A DNA stretch of 63,927 nt, filler included, from Craspedostauros australis (lineage: Eukaryota), in NCBI GenBank assembly GCA_030167865.1. It is 17 parts of 17 records of this genome, joined end to end, with 100 filler letters (N's around TTAATTAATTAA, not from the genome) between each part and the next. Parts side by side here need not be neighbours in the genome. Positions count along the whole stretch, not along the records: positions 42,409 to 47,507 come from JALAGF010004039.1; positions 47,608 to 52,010 come from JALAGF010004040.1; positions 52,111 to 54,242 come from JALAGF010004041.1; positions 54,343 to 56,651 come from JALAGF010004042.1; 13 more parts are not named here. One strand, 5' to 3'. Position 1 is the stretch's first letter. Every line of letters begins with the position of its first letter. A program made the translations under genes and the position numbers. A model generated the notes under the pieces. The model did no database searches, was not told where the DNA came from, and was given only the letters and a program-made list of their open reading frames with translations. This document shows positions 44,856 to 56,751 of this stretch, piece by piece.

Positions 44856-47507
44856 CTACATTGCATCCAAATTGATCTCTGCCATGAGTTTGTGCACTGT
44901 TGCCAAGCACATGCGTGTGTCCGCCGTGTGTCGGGTTGTTCGTCGCTTCCGTCGCTGGCCGACGCCCTTCCCATCATCACCGTCGACGCCGCCTTCCAGC
45001 ATGCTTCGGTCAACAAGGCCAGGATGCTTCTCCAGCAGCTGCTCCACTTTTGCCTTTGCTCCCCACTCGTTGTACAACGAGATGGCATTTCCCAGATATT
45101 GTCGTGGCCAGTAGAAGTCGGTGCCGTCATCAAAGGCGGTCCCATTCTCGCAAACGGAGCTGCTGCTCTGCCCGACGGACAGTTTGTCGCTTGTTGGGAA
45201 CGTGGGTTTGCTGCTGCTGCTGCTGCTGCTGTTGCTGCCCTTTCCGTCTCTCGAGTTAACTGTGCCACTTGGCGCCGAGATCTTCAGGAGGAAGTATTCG
45301 GCGGCAAGCTCGTTTGCCAGCGCCGTCTCATGGATGAAGCCGGAGCGGGCTGTGGTCGATATGGCCTTGTCATAGGCAGCCTTGATGACATCTTCCGATT
45401 CCTTGCCCGTTGCTGCCATTGCGTCAGCCTGCATGATCATGTATCGATGCAGGTTGTTGCCGCCTCGCAGCTCGATGGTGGATTTCATATCACCAACGTA
45501 CTGCTGTGCCTGACGGCTGTACTTCCTTCGTTTTCTCTTGTTCTTGGTTCGCTGGGCCAGCCTGGACAAGACCAGTCCGCTGTGGAACAGTCACATTGCT
45601 GCCACAAGGTATGCGTTGTTGGTTTTGGCAAGAAAAAGAAGAGGTGCAATGTATCCCTTCCCAGCTTCGATGTCACCAAAATAGGTTGCCAGCCCGATCC
45701 GGCTGCAGTAGTAGTAGGCCCAGCTGATGTAGTTCGAAAGCTTGATCTCCTTCAATGGTGTGATGTCGAATGACTCTTTCCAGCTCTTCTCGGGATGGGC
45801 CGCTACAGTAGACGGTATTCCCATGAGCGTCTCTGCCATATCTTGCCATGGCGAGAACGTATCGAGCGTGGCCTGGAGGTTGTAGTGCTCCACCTGTGTG
45901 ATGCATGTTCTGCCGGTCTTCTGCAACTGGGCGAGAGGCAATCCGCACAGTTGAGCATGCATCAAGCTCCCAATCCAACATCGATATGATAGTTCGACGT
46001 TGCCTGTTTCCATTCCAGCCTGCTGACCTTGTCGATATTGATCCAAGCAAACGTGGACAGGCTCCTTCCAAGACGTTATGAAGAGTGTCACGGTGATGCT
46101 GTAGATGCTCATGATATGCTTGGATGGTAGTCGATCCATGAGTTGTCGTGATAGTCCACACAGCCGCTTTGATAGTTCTACATTCTTGAAAACGCTGATC
46201 GCGATGGAACCAGCTGCGGTGAGTGCGTATGCTCCTTCAGCACACAGGCCGTGCTTCAGCATCAATCTGATTTGCCGAACCATAGCTAGTATCATGGTTC
46301 CCTTGCAGCCAGCATGATACGCTACATCAATGAGGAAGAATAAGATCGTCATTGTCATCTTGATCTTGGGGTCAGTCATTTGGGGAAGGTTCAGCACATG
46401 CTCATCAGTGTGCTTTGCGAAGTACTTCTTCACCTTGCTGAAGTCTCTCAATGCCAGCAAGAGATGATTCCTCATCGGAAACGTCCCCAGCATCTTCAAG
46501 GACTGGAGATCCAACTTCATGGCCTCCCCCGATCTCTCCAACCGGCTCAGTGCCATCACCAACGATGAATTCACTTGGATGACATTCTCGATGGAGTCGC
46601 CAGAGTTGTCGATGACGGCGCGGCACAGCATTGATCCCTTCTCGTAATTGCCGAGCGTCAGCTCCACCTCGGATAGACTGCGGTACACCTCCATGCACAG
46701 GTCGTACTGTGTCCTCCATGGATCAGCGATCTTGATTTCTAGATTCATCAAGGCTCGATTCAGGTACTTCGCCGCCGGGACGAACGCAGCCATGCCAACG
46801 GCAAGCAGCCCAACCTTCAGATTCAGCCTGATGAGATCAATTGGTGGGATGATAGCTTCCGATGCTGTGAGTAAGGACACGTTCTCCAGATGATCCGCAG
46901 CGACAAATCACATCCAGTCTTCGCCCAGTTCGGGGTCGCTCGCGATTTCGATTAGATACTTGCCGATTCGGTGCTTCATGCGATCTAGTTCGTCGCCTGG
47001 AGGGATCAACGAAAAGGCTGCCTGCTGCACTCGATCATGGACGAAGCGGAATGTCACATCGCTTCTGTCTGTGTACATGATGCCGGAAGAGGCGCTCACA
47101 TCTGGGCCAACGTTGGAGCTTCCAACGTTTGGGCTGTGGTCATTCCCTGAATATGTGATATGAACATCATGAACCGGTCCCTTGCTTGTCCCATTATCAT
47201 CCGAGCTGACCCGTTGCAGAAGCTCCTCCTTGACTGCCAGATCCAGCACATCATCAACACTCATCTTCGTCAAAGATGCTGTTGCTGCTGTACCAGCGCC
47301 AGCGCCAGCATTACTATCAACATACTGATGCCGATGCTGGTCCTCCATTTCATACTCGATCAACAGCTCCAACACTGACTGACGGAACGTTGATCGAAGA
47401 AACGAGGCCATTTGCAAGCACTTCTGCAGATCCTGTGGCAGCGAATGCAGCTTCGATGTGATCAGATCAACCACGTTGGCGGCCATGTCGATCTCATCAG
47501 CTGCCCG
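44856..47507 (-). pseudogene. COG3899-type STAND-like ATPase, 3' part (paralog A), with two in-frame TGA codons
   Basis: FRFVHDRVQQAA, FVAADHL, GMETGN, AYDKAI...GFIHETALANELAAEYF and YNEWGAKAKV. The three listed ORFs are one frame broken only by TGA at 46908-46910 and 45591-45593. Confidence 0.85.
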
Positions 47508-48092
47508 NNNNNNNNNNNNNNNNNNNNNNNNNNNNNNNNNNNNNNNNNNNNTTAATTAATTAANNNNNNNNNNNNNNNNNNNNNNNNNNNNNNNNNNNNN
47601 NNNNNNNTGGTAATCTGCTCTGCTCGCCTCTCCTCGACTTTTGTCTATTCAGTTCTATCATGGGTAGGCACAAGTATAGTACAGAGCACTGATCGTGCAC
47701 TCTATAAAACCACAGGTGGACAGTGCTTCCAACGCTTCATAGGCAACATTGTCGTTGATAGCATGGAGGGAGTTGGACTTCGAGTGTGGACTTCGAGCGT
47801 GGACTTGTGTGCGTCTGCATGGCGACCGAAACTGCGTGCTAAGAACCACACAAAATACGCTCGTTTCCGTGGTGGAAAGAACACAACCGCGCTCTCCATG
47901 GCAGATCCAAACGCCACCTCTCCGCAGTGTCCATTGACCGTGCCCCATTGCTATGCGCTGACGGTGCAAGGTTCGACCCTCACAACTCTCTTCAGCAAGC
48001 GTGAGCAAGTGCGGGCAAGAACAACAGTGTTATTCTCGCCATTCGCAGGAGCAACCACATCAGCAAACGTGGGCGGAGATCAACCCACCGCA

Positions 48093-49223
48093 ATGGCGAA
48101 CAAAAAGCGGAAGGATCGCAGGAACAAATCGGTTCCCAGGAAATCGAGGACAGCAGAGGTCGCAGGTGCTCTCGTTCATGCTCATGCTCGCACCCACGCT
48201 GCCGTTGATGCCAACAGCCGCAAAAGCAAAAAGAGGAAGCTCGGCAGCAGCCGTGGGAACATACAAGTCGAAGCATCCAAAATGAGCAGCAGCAGTGGCG
48301 ATGCCGATGGCGAGAATGCTGGCGGCATCTATGACAGCGCGCTCTGCTTTCAGACACTCATGGCATCCCACAGAACACAGGAAACGCAAGCAGAGGCAGA
48401 GCAGGATGTTTCATCCATCTTCTTTGACCTCGCCAATGCACCGCTCATTCAGTATCGCATCAGCGAATCCAACGTGACAAGCGATCGCAATCGCGATGTG
48501 ACATCCCTCACCACCCAACGCATCACCATCGAACAAGATCTGGAAGGTGCCTGCGGCGAGCACACTGGCGGCATCGTCTGGGAAACATCGTACTTGCTGT
48601 GCGAATACTTCTTCTTACAGCAGCAGCAGCAGCAGCATGCAACGAGCAAAAGCGACACGATGCTTGGCGACGTCTGCGAAGTGGGTGCAGGATGCGGATT
48701 GGCGGGTCAAGTTCTGCATCGATCGGGACTCGCGCATCGTGTCGTCATGACGGAATGTCATCCAGTGCTGAGAAATCTGCAAAGCAATTTGAAACGCAAC
48801 CGCGACGATGAGATGAGCAAGGCATCGAGAAGGAATCCATCCAAACAAGCCATGTATTCGCTTGCATGCATCGACGCCGTCGCGTTGGATTGGACCAAGT
48901 ACGAAGAAGATGCCAAGGCGGCCCATCCGCTCTTGCGTCCAGCGGCATTTGACACCATCATCGGGACGGACGTCATCTTTGCCCAGTCGTTGGTGGAACC
49001 GCTCTTGCGCACCATGGCGTACCTATCGCATCCCGCAACCCAGGCATACCTGTGTTTGCAAGAGCGATGTCCCGATTCGTATCGATTGCTTTTTGAAAAG
49101 TCGAAGGAACATGGTTGGGATGTTGCCGACGTGTCCGACCGCGTCTATGAAGAGCACTCTGCTCTGCGATGGGGCAAGGAGCTGGACTGCAGGCTGCTGC
49201 ATTTTACGAGACTCAAGGAGTGA
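48093..49223 (+). CDS. Methyltransf_16 (METTL21-like) protein lysine methyltransferase (allele 1)
   Basis: TGGIVWETSYLL, motif I EVGAGCGLAG, VMTE, LDW and DTIIGTDVIF. Basic NLS-like N-terminus; start codon is inferred. Confidence 0.9.
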   Translation: MANKKRKDRRNKSVPRKSRTAEVAGALVHAHARTHAAVDANSRKSKKRKLGSSRGNIQVEASKMSSSSGDADGENAGGIYDSALCFQTLMASHRTQETQAEAEQDVSSIFFDLANAPLIQYRISESNVTSDRNRDVTSLTTQRITIEQDLEGACGEHTGGIVWETSYLLCEYFFLQQQQQQHATSKSDTMLGDVCEVGAGCGLAGQVLHRSGLAHRVVMTECHPVLRNLQSNLKRNRDDEMSKASRRNPSKQAMYSLACIDAVALDWTKYEEDAKAAHPLLRPAAFDTIIGTDVIFAQSLVEPLLRTMAYLSHPATQAYLCLQERCPDSYRLLFEKSKEHGWDVADVSDRVYEEHSALRWGKELDCRLLHFTRLKE

Positions 49224-49757
49224 TGGTGGTACCCAACCATTTTATACTCGCAGCCATGAAGAAGCATGCGACCGCGGATGGGTGGAAGGACGCGTGGGAG
49301 TTTACAATTACGAGATGGTCAATCCAACAAGACACAAGTAGAGAAGTAGACTGCGTACGTCCCCTCCGTTGCCTGGCCGATGGCATCGTTGTCTGCCACG
49401 CTTGGGTTCGGTTTGACTTGGCAGCATCGGCGAAAAGAGAAGGGATTCGGAATGAGAACCCGTCCAAAAGATCTCGCTCTGCCGCGCTGACGCCAACAAC
49501 CATCACACCGACTGCACAAGCGCAACAACAGGAACAACATCCGTTGCTGTTGCGACCTCTGCCGTCATCGGGCAACAAACCACTTCCGACGTCGTCGGTA
49601 TCGGCCACGCATCGACCAGGGTTACCACTCATTGTTGCAATCATCATCATTGGACATGCGAAGGAGCGATTATGCACTACTATCACGGGACGCTTCACAA
49701 GCCACATATCCCCCATCGCATCACGCACCACACGTCCCTTTACGATTGACTTGCACG

Positions 49758-51209
49758 ATGAACATCAAGCACCTGTGCGTGGACCTTTCCGCGCACGGCC
49801 TCGGCCACTTAGCTCAAACATCTGCCGTCCTCAATTCTCTCTGCGCCAACCTAAAACAGCGAGCACCCATCCAATCACAACTGCAAGCACCATCACAAGC
49901 ACCACAACATCCTCCCTCTAACCTAAAGCTGACCATCCGATCAAACCATAAGACCAAGAATATTCGGCAACGCGTGCATGCCTTTGCAAATTACCAACAA
50001 GGTGTTGATTGCGACAACAACACCAGCAGCGATGAACATCAGCCTGGCGCAAACGGAAGGCATACCAGCACGACCGACCCGAACCTATGCCTGATTCCGT
50101 ATGAACAAGATATCGGCCTATCCATGATCGATGCCATGACTTGCGATCTCGAAAGCAGCGGCCGATGGTATCTGGACAATCACTTGAACTACAAGCAGCG
50201 GGTGTCCGAGGCTGCGTACAAATTGGAGCAGCTCCAACCGGACGTGCTGTTCTGCAACATACCCTTCGTCTCCATCGAAGCGGCGGCGCTCGTGGGCATC
50301 CCTTCAGTCGCCATGTGCAGCTTAAATTGGGCCGACATCTTTCACGGCTACTTCGTCGAGCACGAGACTCAGTTCGATAGAACAGTCATGACCGAGGCAT
50401 ACGAGCAGATGCTGAACGCGTACTCCAAGGCGGACGTCTTCCTACGACCCACCCCTTCCATGGATATGGCAAGTTTGCACAACACGCAGGAGATTGGACC
50501 GATCATATCCGAAGGCACGCGGCGTGATCTGCGAGACATCGTGTTCACAGCAACCGGATGCCGTTTCCACAAATTCGTCTTGATTGGCCTCGGAGGGCTG
50601 AAGTCCAACGGCATTCCCGAGTACCTGAATCAATGGCCCAAGATCGACGGCACCGCGTTCATCTTCCCAGATTCCGCATTGGCAGCGTTCGAAAGCGCCG
50701 ACGCTCACGACCAAGACGGTTTAAGAAACGATCCAGAGCTGAAATCTCCAAGCTCGCGTCGAGGTGCTCGCAATGAGTGCCGACCCGATTTCATTCCTCA
50801 ATCCGTCGTGGAACGGTCCATCCCGTACATCGATATCGTCGCATCGGTTGACTGCATCATGACGAAGACTGGGTACGGAACTCAGACGGAAGCCGTGCTC
50901 CACCAGGTCCCAACGTTGTGCATGGAGCGCCGTGATTGGCCCGAACACGCTGCGCTGAAGCGATGGCACTCCGCCCACGGCCCTGTCATCTTTTCAGAAT
51001 GGAAGCCAGCCGAGCTGTTTGGCTGCGACCGCAACGACTTCGACAGCCTCATGCAGTCGGGTACCGCCCACGGATGCAACCTCAGTGCGCACTTCGAGGA
51101 ACTCCTGGGTGCTGACAGCAAGGATTGGGCCAAGTATCCACCCATCCAATCCACCGGCGCTCAAGAAGCTGTCTCGATCCTCGAGCGGATGCTCTTCCCG
51201 CCCAACTGA
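49758..51209 (+). CDS. GT-B fold glycosyltransferase-like protein (arabinokinase N-terminal/bacterial hypothetical GT type)
   Basis: N-terminal SAHGLGHLAQ, PDVLFCNIP, SLNWADIF, LIGLGG and C-terminal DCIMTKTGYGT.TEA...P.L...R.DWPE. Intronless. Confidence 0.78.
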   Translation: MNIKHLCVDLSAHGLGHLAQTSAVLNSLCANLKQRAPIQSQLQAPSQAPQHPPSNLKLTIRSNHKTKNIRQRVHAFANYQQGVDCDNNTSSDEHQPGANGRHTSTTDPNLCLIPYEQDIGLSMIDAMTCDLESSGRWYLDNHLNYKQRVSEAAYKLEQLQPDVLFCNIPFVSIEAAALVGIPSVAMCSLNWADIFHGYFVEHETQFDRTVMTEAYEQMLNAYSKADVFLRPTPSMDMASLHNTQEIGPIISEGTRRDLRDIVFTATGCRFHKFVLIGLGGLKSNGIPEYLNQWPKIDGTAFIFPDSALAAFESADAHDQDGLRNDPELKSPSSRRGARNECRPDFIPQSVVERSIPYIDIVASVDCIMTKTGYGTQTEAVLHQVPTLCMERRDWPEHAALKRWHSAHGPVIFSEWKPAELFGCDRNDFDSLMQSGTAHGCNLSAHFEELLGADSKDWAKYPPIQSTGAQEAVSILERMLFPPN

Positions 51210-52110
51210 GGCGACGTATGCACAAGTACGGATGGGTACAAGTTTCGCCTGACCGCGGTTCCTCCATGTTCAATGTCGTGTTCTAATCTCGGCATTGCAA
51301 ACGAGTGGCGTAGAATAACGTAGAACGTGAATAGTGTCTCGTGAATGGAACAGCCACAGAGATTGATTCGAATGACGAGGCACACTCGAGGCCTCATGTT
51401 ACATGCATTGAAGTTCGCGCCAAGACTCACTCGAGTGTCATCTTTCGAGACTAACTTGTATGATAGCTCGTAGAGTACCACCATTCTGGACGCACTGCTG
51501 CTCATACGAGCTGCTCCACTCCACGAGTACGCGATTCATCATGCTTCAATGGCTCGTATTTCTTCCGTACTACTTCTGTATTTGTGTCGGATACATCTCC
51601 TCTACGACCTTGGCACGTCACGACGACTGGACGGTTGCAAGCAGGGCGAGAGCAAAACTTGAACCAAAGTCACGCCGCGCCGTTCACAGTGTTGTATTAT
51701 TCGAATTTGGATTCAATTCGGAGACCCACAACAGTGCCACCAAGGAACGCATGGTGTCAACCGGAGAGTATGGTGCTTGCATTCTTGCGGTTTCAAATCT
51801 AAAGAAAGGCTGGAGCGACTCGGTCGCTTGGGGAGAGCACTGCACACGAACACCAAATCTCCGCTCCAAACAAGAGGGGGTAGGTCCGCGACCATTCGGA
51901 CGTGCCCAAAGATTGGCAATTGTGATTGCAATGTTTTGCTCCATCTCTGTGGCTGGGAACAGGAGCGTGCGTCGCTTCACATGCCGTTGGGGTGGTGTCT
52001 TCTCATCCAGNNNNNNNNNNNNNNNNNNNNNNNNNNNNNNNNNNNNNNNNNNNNTTAATTAATTAANNNNNNNNNNNNNNNNNNNNNNNNNNNNNNNNNN
52101 NNNNNNNNNN

Positions 52111-53928
52111 TGGTAATCTGCTCTGCTCGCCTCTCCTCGACTTTTGTCTATTCAGTTCTATCATGGGTAGGCACAAGTATAGTACAGAGCACTGATCGTG
52201 CACTCTATAAAACCACAGGTGGACAGTGCTTCCAACGCTTCATAGGCAACATTGTCGTTGATAGCATGGAGGGAGTTGGACTTCGAGTGTGGACTTCGAG
52301 CGTGGACTTGTGTGCGTCTGCATGGCGACCGAAACTGCGTGCTAAGAACCACACAAAATACGCTCGTTTCCGTGGTGGAAAGAACACAACCGCGCTCTCC
52401 ATGGCAGATCCAAACGCCACCTCTCCGCAGTGTCCATTGACCGTGCCCCATTGCTATGCGCTGACGGTGCAAGGTTCGACCCTCACAACTCTCTTCAGCA
52501 AGCGTGAGCAAGTGCGGGCAAGAACAACAGTGTTATTCTCGCCATTCGCAGGAGCAACCACATCAGCAAACGTGGGCGGAGATCAACCCACCGCAATGGC
52601 GAACAAAAAGCGGAAGGATCGCAGGAACAAATCGGTTCCCAGGAAATCGAGGACAGCAGAGGTCGCAGGTGCTCTCGTTCATGCTCATGCTCGCACCCAC
52701 GCTGCCGTTGATGCCAACAGCCGCAAAAGCAAAAAGAGGAAGCTCGGCAGCAGCCGTGGGAACATACAAGTCGAAGCATCCAAAATGAGCAGCAGCAGTG
52801 GCGATGCCGATGGCGAGAATGCTGGCGGCATCTATGACAGCGCGCTCTGCTTTCAGACACTCATGGCATCCCACAGAACACAGGAAACGCAAGCAGAGGC
52901 AGAGCAGGATGTTTCATCCATCTTCTTTGACCTCGCCAATGCACCGCTCATTCAGTATCGCATCAGCGAATCCAACGTGACAAGCGATCGCAATCGCGAT
53001 GTGACATCCCTCACCACCCAACGCATCACCATCGAACAAGATCTGGAAGGTGCCTGCGGCGAGCACACTGGCGGCATCGTCTGGGAAACATCGTACTTGC
53101 TGTGCGAATACTTCTTCTTACAGCAGCAGCAGCAGCAGCATGCAACGAGCAAAAGCGACACGATGCTTGGCGACGTCTGCGAAGTGGGTGCAGGATGCGG
53201 ATTGGCGGGTCAAGTTCTGCATCGATCGGGACTCGCGCATCGTGTCGTCATGACGGAATGTCATCCAGTGCTGAGAAATCTGCAAAGCAATTTGAAACGC
53301 AACCGCGACGATGAGATGAGCAAGGCATCGAGAAGGAATCCATCCAAACAAGCCATGTATTCGCTTGCATGCATCGACGCCGTCGCGTTGGATTGGACCA
53401 AGTACGAAGAAGATGCCAAGGCGGCCCATCCGCTCTTGCGTCCAGCGGCATTTGACACCATCATCGGGACGGACGTCATCTTTGCCCAGTCGTTGGTGGA
53501 ACCGCTCTTGCGCACCATGGCGTACCTATCGCATCCCGCAACCCAGGCATACCTGTGTTTGCAAGAGCGATGTCCCGATTCGTATCGATTGCTTTTTGAA
53601 AAGTCGAAGGAACATGGTTGGGATGTTGCCGACGTGTCCGACCGCGTCTATGAAGAGCACTCTGCGCTGCGATGGGGCAAGGAGCTGGACTGCAGGCTGC
53701 TGCATTTTACGAGACTCAAGGAGTGATGGTGGTACCCAACCACTTAATACTCGCAGCCATGCAGAAGCATGCGACCGCGGATGGGTGGAAGGACGCGTGG
53801 GAGTTTACAATTACGAGACGGTCAATCCAACAAGACACACGTAGAGAAATAGACTGCGTACGTCCCCTCCGTTGCCTGGCCGATGGCATCATCGTCTGCC
53901 ACGCTTGGGTTCGGTTTGACTTGGCAGC
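52111..53928. repeat. Alternative haplotype of 47608-49425
   Basis: Near-identical at offset 4503, with SNPs clustered near the 3' end; diverges completely after ...GACTTGGCAGC. Confidence 0.96.
52596..53726 (+). CDS. Methyltransf_16 lysine methyltransferase (allele 2)
   Basis: Protein is identical to 48093-49223. Confidence 0.9.
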   Translation: MANKKRKDRRNKSVPRKSRTAEVAGALVHAHARTHAAVDANSRKSKKRKLGSSRGNIQVEASKMSSSSGDADGENAGGIYDSALCFQTLMASHRTQETQAEAEQDVSSIFFDLANAPLIQYRISESNVTSDRNRDVTSLTTQRITIEQDLEGACGEHTGGIVWETSYLLCEYFFLQQQQQQHATSKSDTMLGDVCEVGAGCGLAGQVLHRSGLAHRVVMTECHPVLRNLQSNLKRNRDDEMSKASRRNPSKQAMYSLACIDAVALDWTKYEEDAKAAHPLLRPAAFDTIIGTDVIFAQSLVEPLLRTMAYLSHPATQAYLCLQERCPDSYRLLFEKSKEHGWDVADVSDRVYEEHSALRWGKELDCRLLHFTRLKE

Positions 53929-54242
53929 TGTTGAAACAGGTCTCTCTTTATAGCCCAACACTGACCCAGTAGACCCTGATAATATTGATGTCTTTTGTTT
54001 GTGTTGTCTGTACTAATAGTGGTTATTGTTGTGGTTGTCAGTGTTGTTGTCAGCTCTGCTGTCTGCTCATTATGAGATCAATTCCATCTCATCTGCTTTC
54101 TGGATCTTGATGTGCGATTCATCATCGCCTTTCACCACGTCTTATCCTGTCATTCTGGCAGTTGCTCAACCAGAATCAACCACTTCATTCTTCAATTTCT
54201 ACTCAGTTCACCGTGTAGTGGCATGCCTTCATATTTCTGCAC
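53929..54242. mobile_element. Probable LTR-retrotransposon end inserted in one haplotype
   Basis: New sequence begins TGTTGAAA (reverse strand ...TTTCAACA, a typical LTR terminus) exactly at the breakpoint with the empty allele at 49425/49426. Confidence 0.68.
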
Positions 54243-56751
54243 NNNNNNNNNNNNNNNNNNNNNNNNNNNNNNNNNNNNNNNNNNNNTTAATTAATTAANN
54301 NNNNNNNNNNNNNNNNNNNNNNNNNNNNNNNNNNNNNNNNNNGATGCATAGGAGGGGGGAGAGTGAGCACGATGGATGGAGAAACGAAGGGACTTGTTGG
54401 CGGCGACGCAAACACAGAGGCGAACAACCAAGATATCTCCACGTCTACAACTATGCAGCTTCGGGATGGAAAGTTCGATCTACTCTCCCGAGAGAAGCTG
54501 CCACACATGCCTCTCTCATTATCATAGTTCTCTGGAGTAGGTCGTATGGTACACTATTCATCCCAACAGGTATCGCACTCGCTCATTCGAACTGAGCTGG
54601 CCTGGAAAGATTTGTGATCGCATCGCATGCCAACGCCATGGGTATGCAACATCCATGCCCTGTGTGAATCAACATTTCAGCCATGCGCAACCAACCTGCG
54701 AGCATTGCTCCCCTTGTCCGCCGCTTGTTACTCACGATCACGAGGAGGCATGATCGTGGATCAGTCAGAGACCACGTGCGGAGGGTGATGCGACCATGGC
54801 CACCTCCGCCTTCGTTCTTCTTCAAGCGCTGCCGCTCCCCTTTGCTCGCCTGCTTTCTGTCTGTCCCTTAGTTGGTGTTGCCTACGACTTACACCTTCGT
54901 ATGGTGCCCTGTCTCTTGTTGAACACCTTTCTATCATGGCTGCCCATGCCTCTCCTGCGCTTCTTCTTGTCCTTCTTCTTGTCCTTCCCGCTTTCCCTTC
55001 CTTCTCGTCTCCTTCGCGGAATTCTGTGCTCACAAAGCGGCTCACACGTGTCTTGATGTTTGCGGTCGTTCTGGTCGTTGTCTTTGTTCTTGATCCTTCC
55101 TTCTCTCTGCAGTTGCGTGATGACACCAACGAAATTGCCTCGCCCATCACTTCCATCACCACCATCGGCACCACGGACCAAACCTCAACCAGAATCTCAA
55201 CGACATCTTCTATGTCCATGTCGCCCGTGCTTCCTTGAAACGACAGCCTACTCCATCACGTACTGACACCTACCACCAAGACATGTTGACATCTTGCTGC
55301 AGCGATCAACACAGCCTGGATTCATGATGCGTGGATGGATTTCACGAACAGACATGTCTGGAATGTGATCGGCTCGGAAAGATGTGCTTGCCACTCCATC
55401 ACCACACACAGCACACTCGTCCATACACCGGGTGCACTGCTTCGAATGGATGTGGATACACGAAGAAGGCACCTGAATGTGAGCACGCACGTGAATGAAT
55501 GCAAAAGTTGCTCGATCTGAAACATCGCAGCCCAACCAACGTACTACTCCACACGCACACACATGATGAACTCAACTCAACTCGACTCAACTCAATTCCA
55601 ATCCGGCAAGAGCAACCTGAACCAACAGGTACAGGTGTATCACAACACACAAGCCTGAGCGCGCGCAATGCTTTGCCGCACAGGCCCAAAGGGGCGCAAG
55701 AGAGGGCACAAGCAGATTCGATCGTCAATCCCCAATCGAAACATGCTCCATCAGAAACCAGGACCGAATCTCATTCCATCATCCTTGTGAACCTCTCTTC
55801 GTCTCAGTTTCGGTTTCTGTTCATCTTCCAGTCTCTGCTCCCAGAGTTCAATGTTCCATCCTGCGATCTCCAATCTGCAATGGGTGTTGGGTGTTTGCTC
55901 TCACGTGATGTTGTTCCTTGTGGGAGGTTTGGTATTTGTTGCGTACCCTGTTGTGATGCTCGATGTTGTGATGATCCACGTCGTGATGTGCAATTTGTGT
56001 GGTGTTTTTGTTGGAATGGAACGAGTCTGGCACAGGTCGTAGAATTAGTGACATCACCCAGCGTTCGCTTCAACAACAACCAATGACTCGTGACTCGATA
56101 TGCTCCCGATTGTCGCAACAAAGGCCCAACGATTTGTATCACTCACGCCATCATAAGACCCGCCTGAGCGAAAATAGTACACCTTTCTCGGGAAGTCCTC
56201 TCAGATTTCCCTATAAATTTAATATGATGTTCCTCTATATGAGAAAGTGACGGATTGACTTTCCTAGAATTGCTACACTTTATATTTTATAAGTTATGAG
56301 GGCTTGAGTTGAGAAATTCCCCACAGTAGCCCGTGCTTTAGGTTTTTAGCTTTCGATCGGACATGGATGCGACTCGTCATTGTCTTCAAGTTGGACGTCG
56401 GCGAGCGGCGAAAATGTCCTTTTTTCCTCTCTGAGACGGACTCACAGCAAGGCACTCGAAGCTGAACTCAGACGTGTCTACAGTCGTGCGAACGGATCAA
56501 CATTTCGGCTGTTTTTGGCCCCAATTGATTGCACGCAGTTTCTCGCAGTGGACTTGGAACAGGTGTGGAGGAGAAAAACTGCATCAGAATGCGATGGTAC
56601 GTACGTGCACTGCGCTGTACGTACGACATTAGGATGGGATGAAGGTGCAGANNNNNNNNNNNNNNNNNNNNNNNNNNNNNNNNNNNNNNNNNNNNTTAAT
56701 TAATTAANNNNNNNNNNNNNNNNNNNNNNNNNNNNNNNNNNNNNNNNNNNN

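Noticed and set aside
44856..47507. Alternative genetic code or selenocysteine explaining the in-frame TGAs
   Set aside because: TGA is the normal terminator of intact genes here (6281-6283, 49221-49223, 51207-51209), the sites are not redox Cys motifs, and CpG decay explains them more simply.
48093..51209. Methyltransferase plus glycosyltransferase as a silaffin-modification cluster
   Set aside because: The methyltransferase has no signal peptide and a basic NLS-like leader, and the GT has no leader. Adjacency alone is not evidence in a eukaryote.
54343..56651. Lys/Arg-rich minus-strand ORFs (54761-55219) as a gene or gag remnant
   Set aside because: Short, low-complexity, interrupted by stops, with no diagnostic motif such as a CCHC knuckle; cannot be supported.
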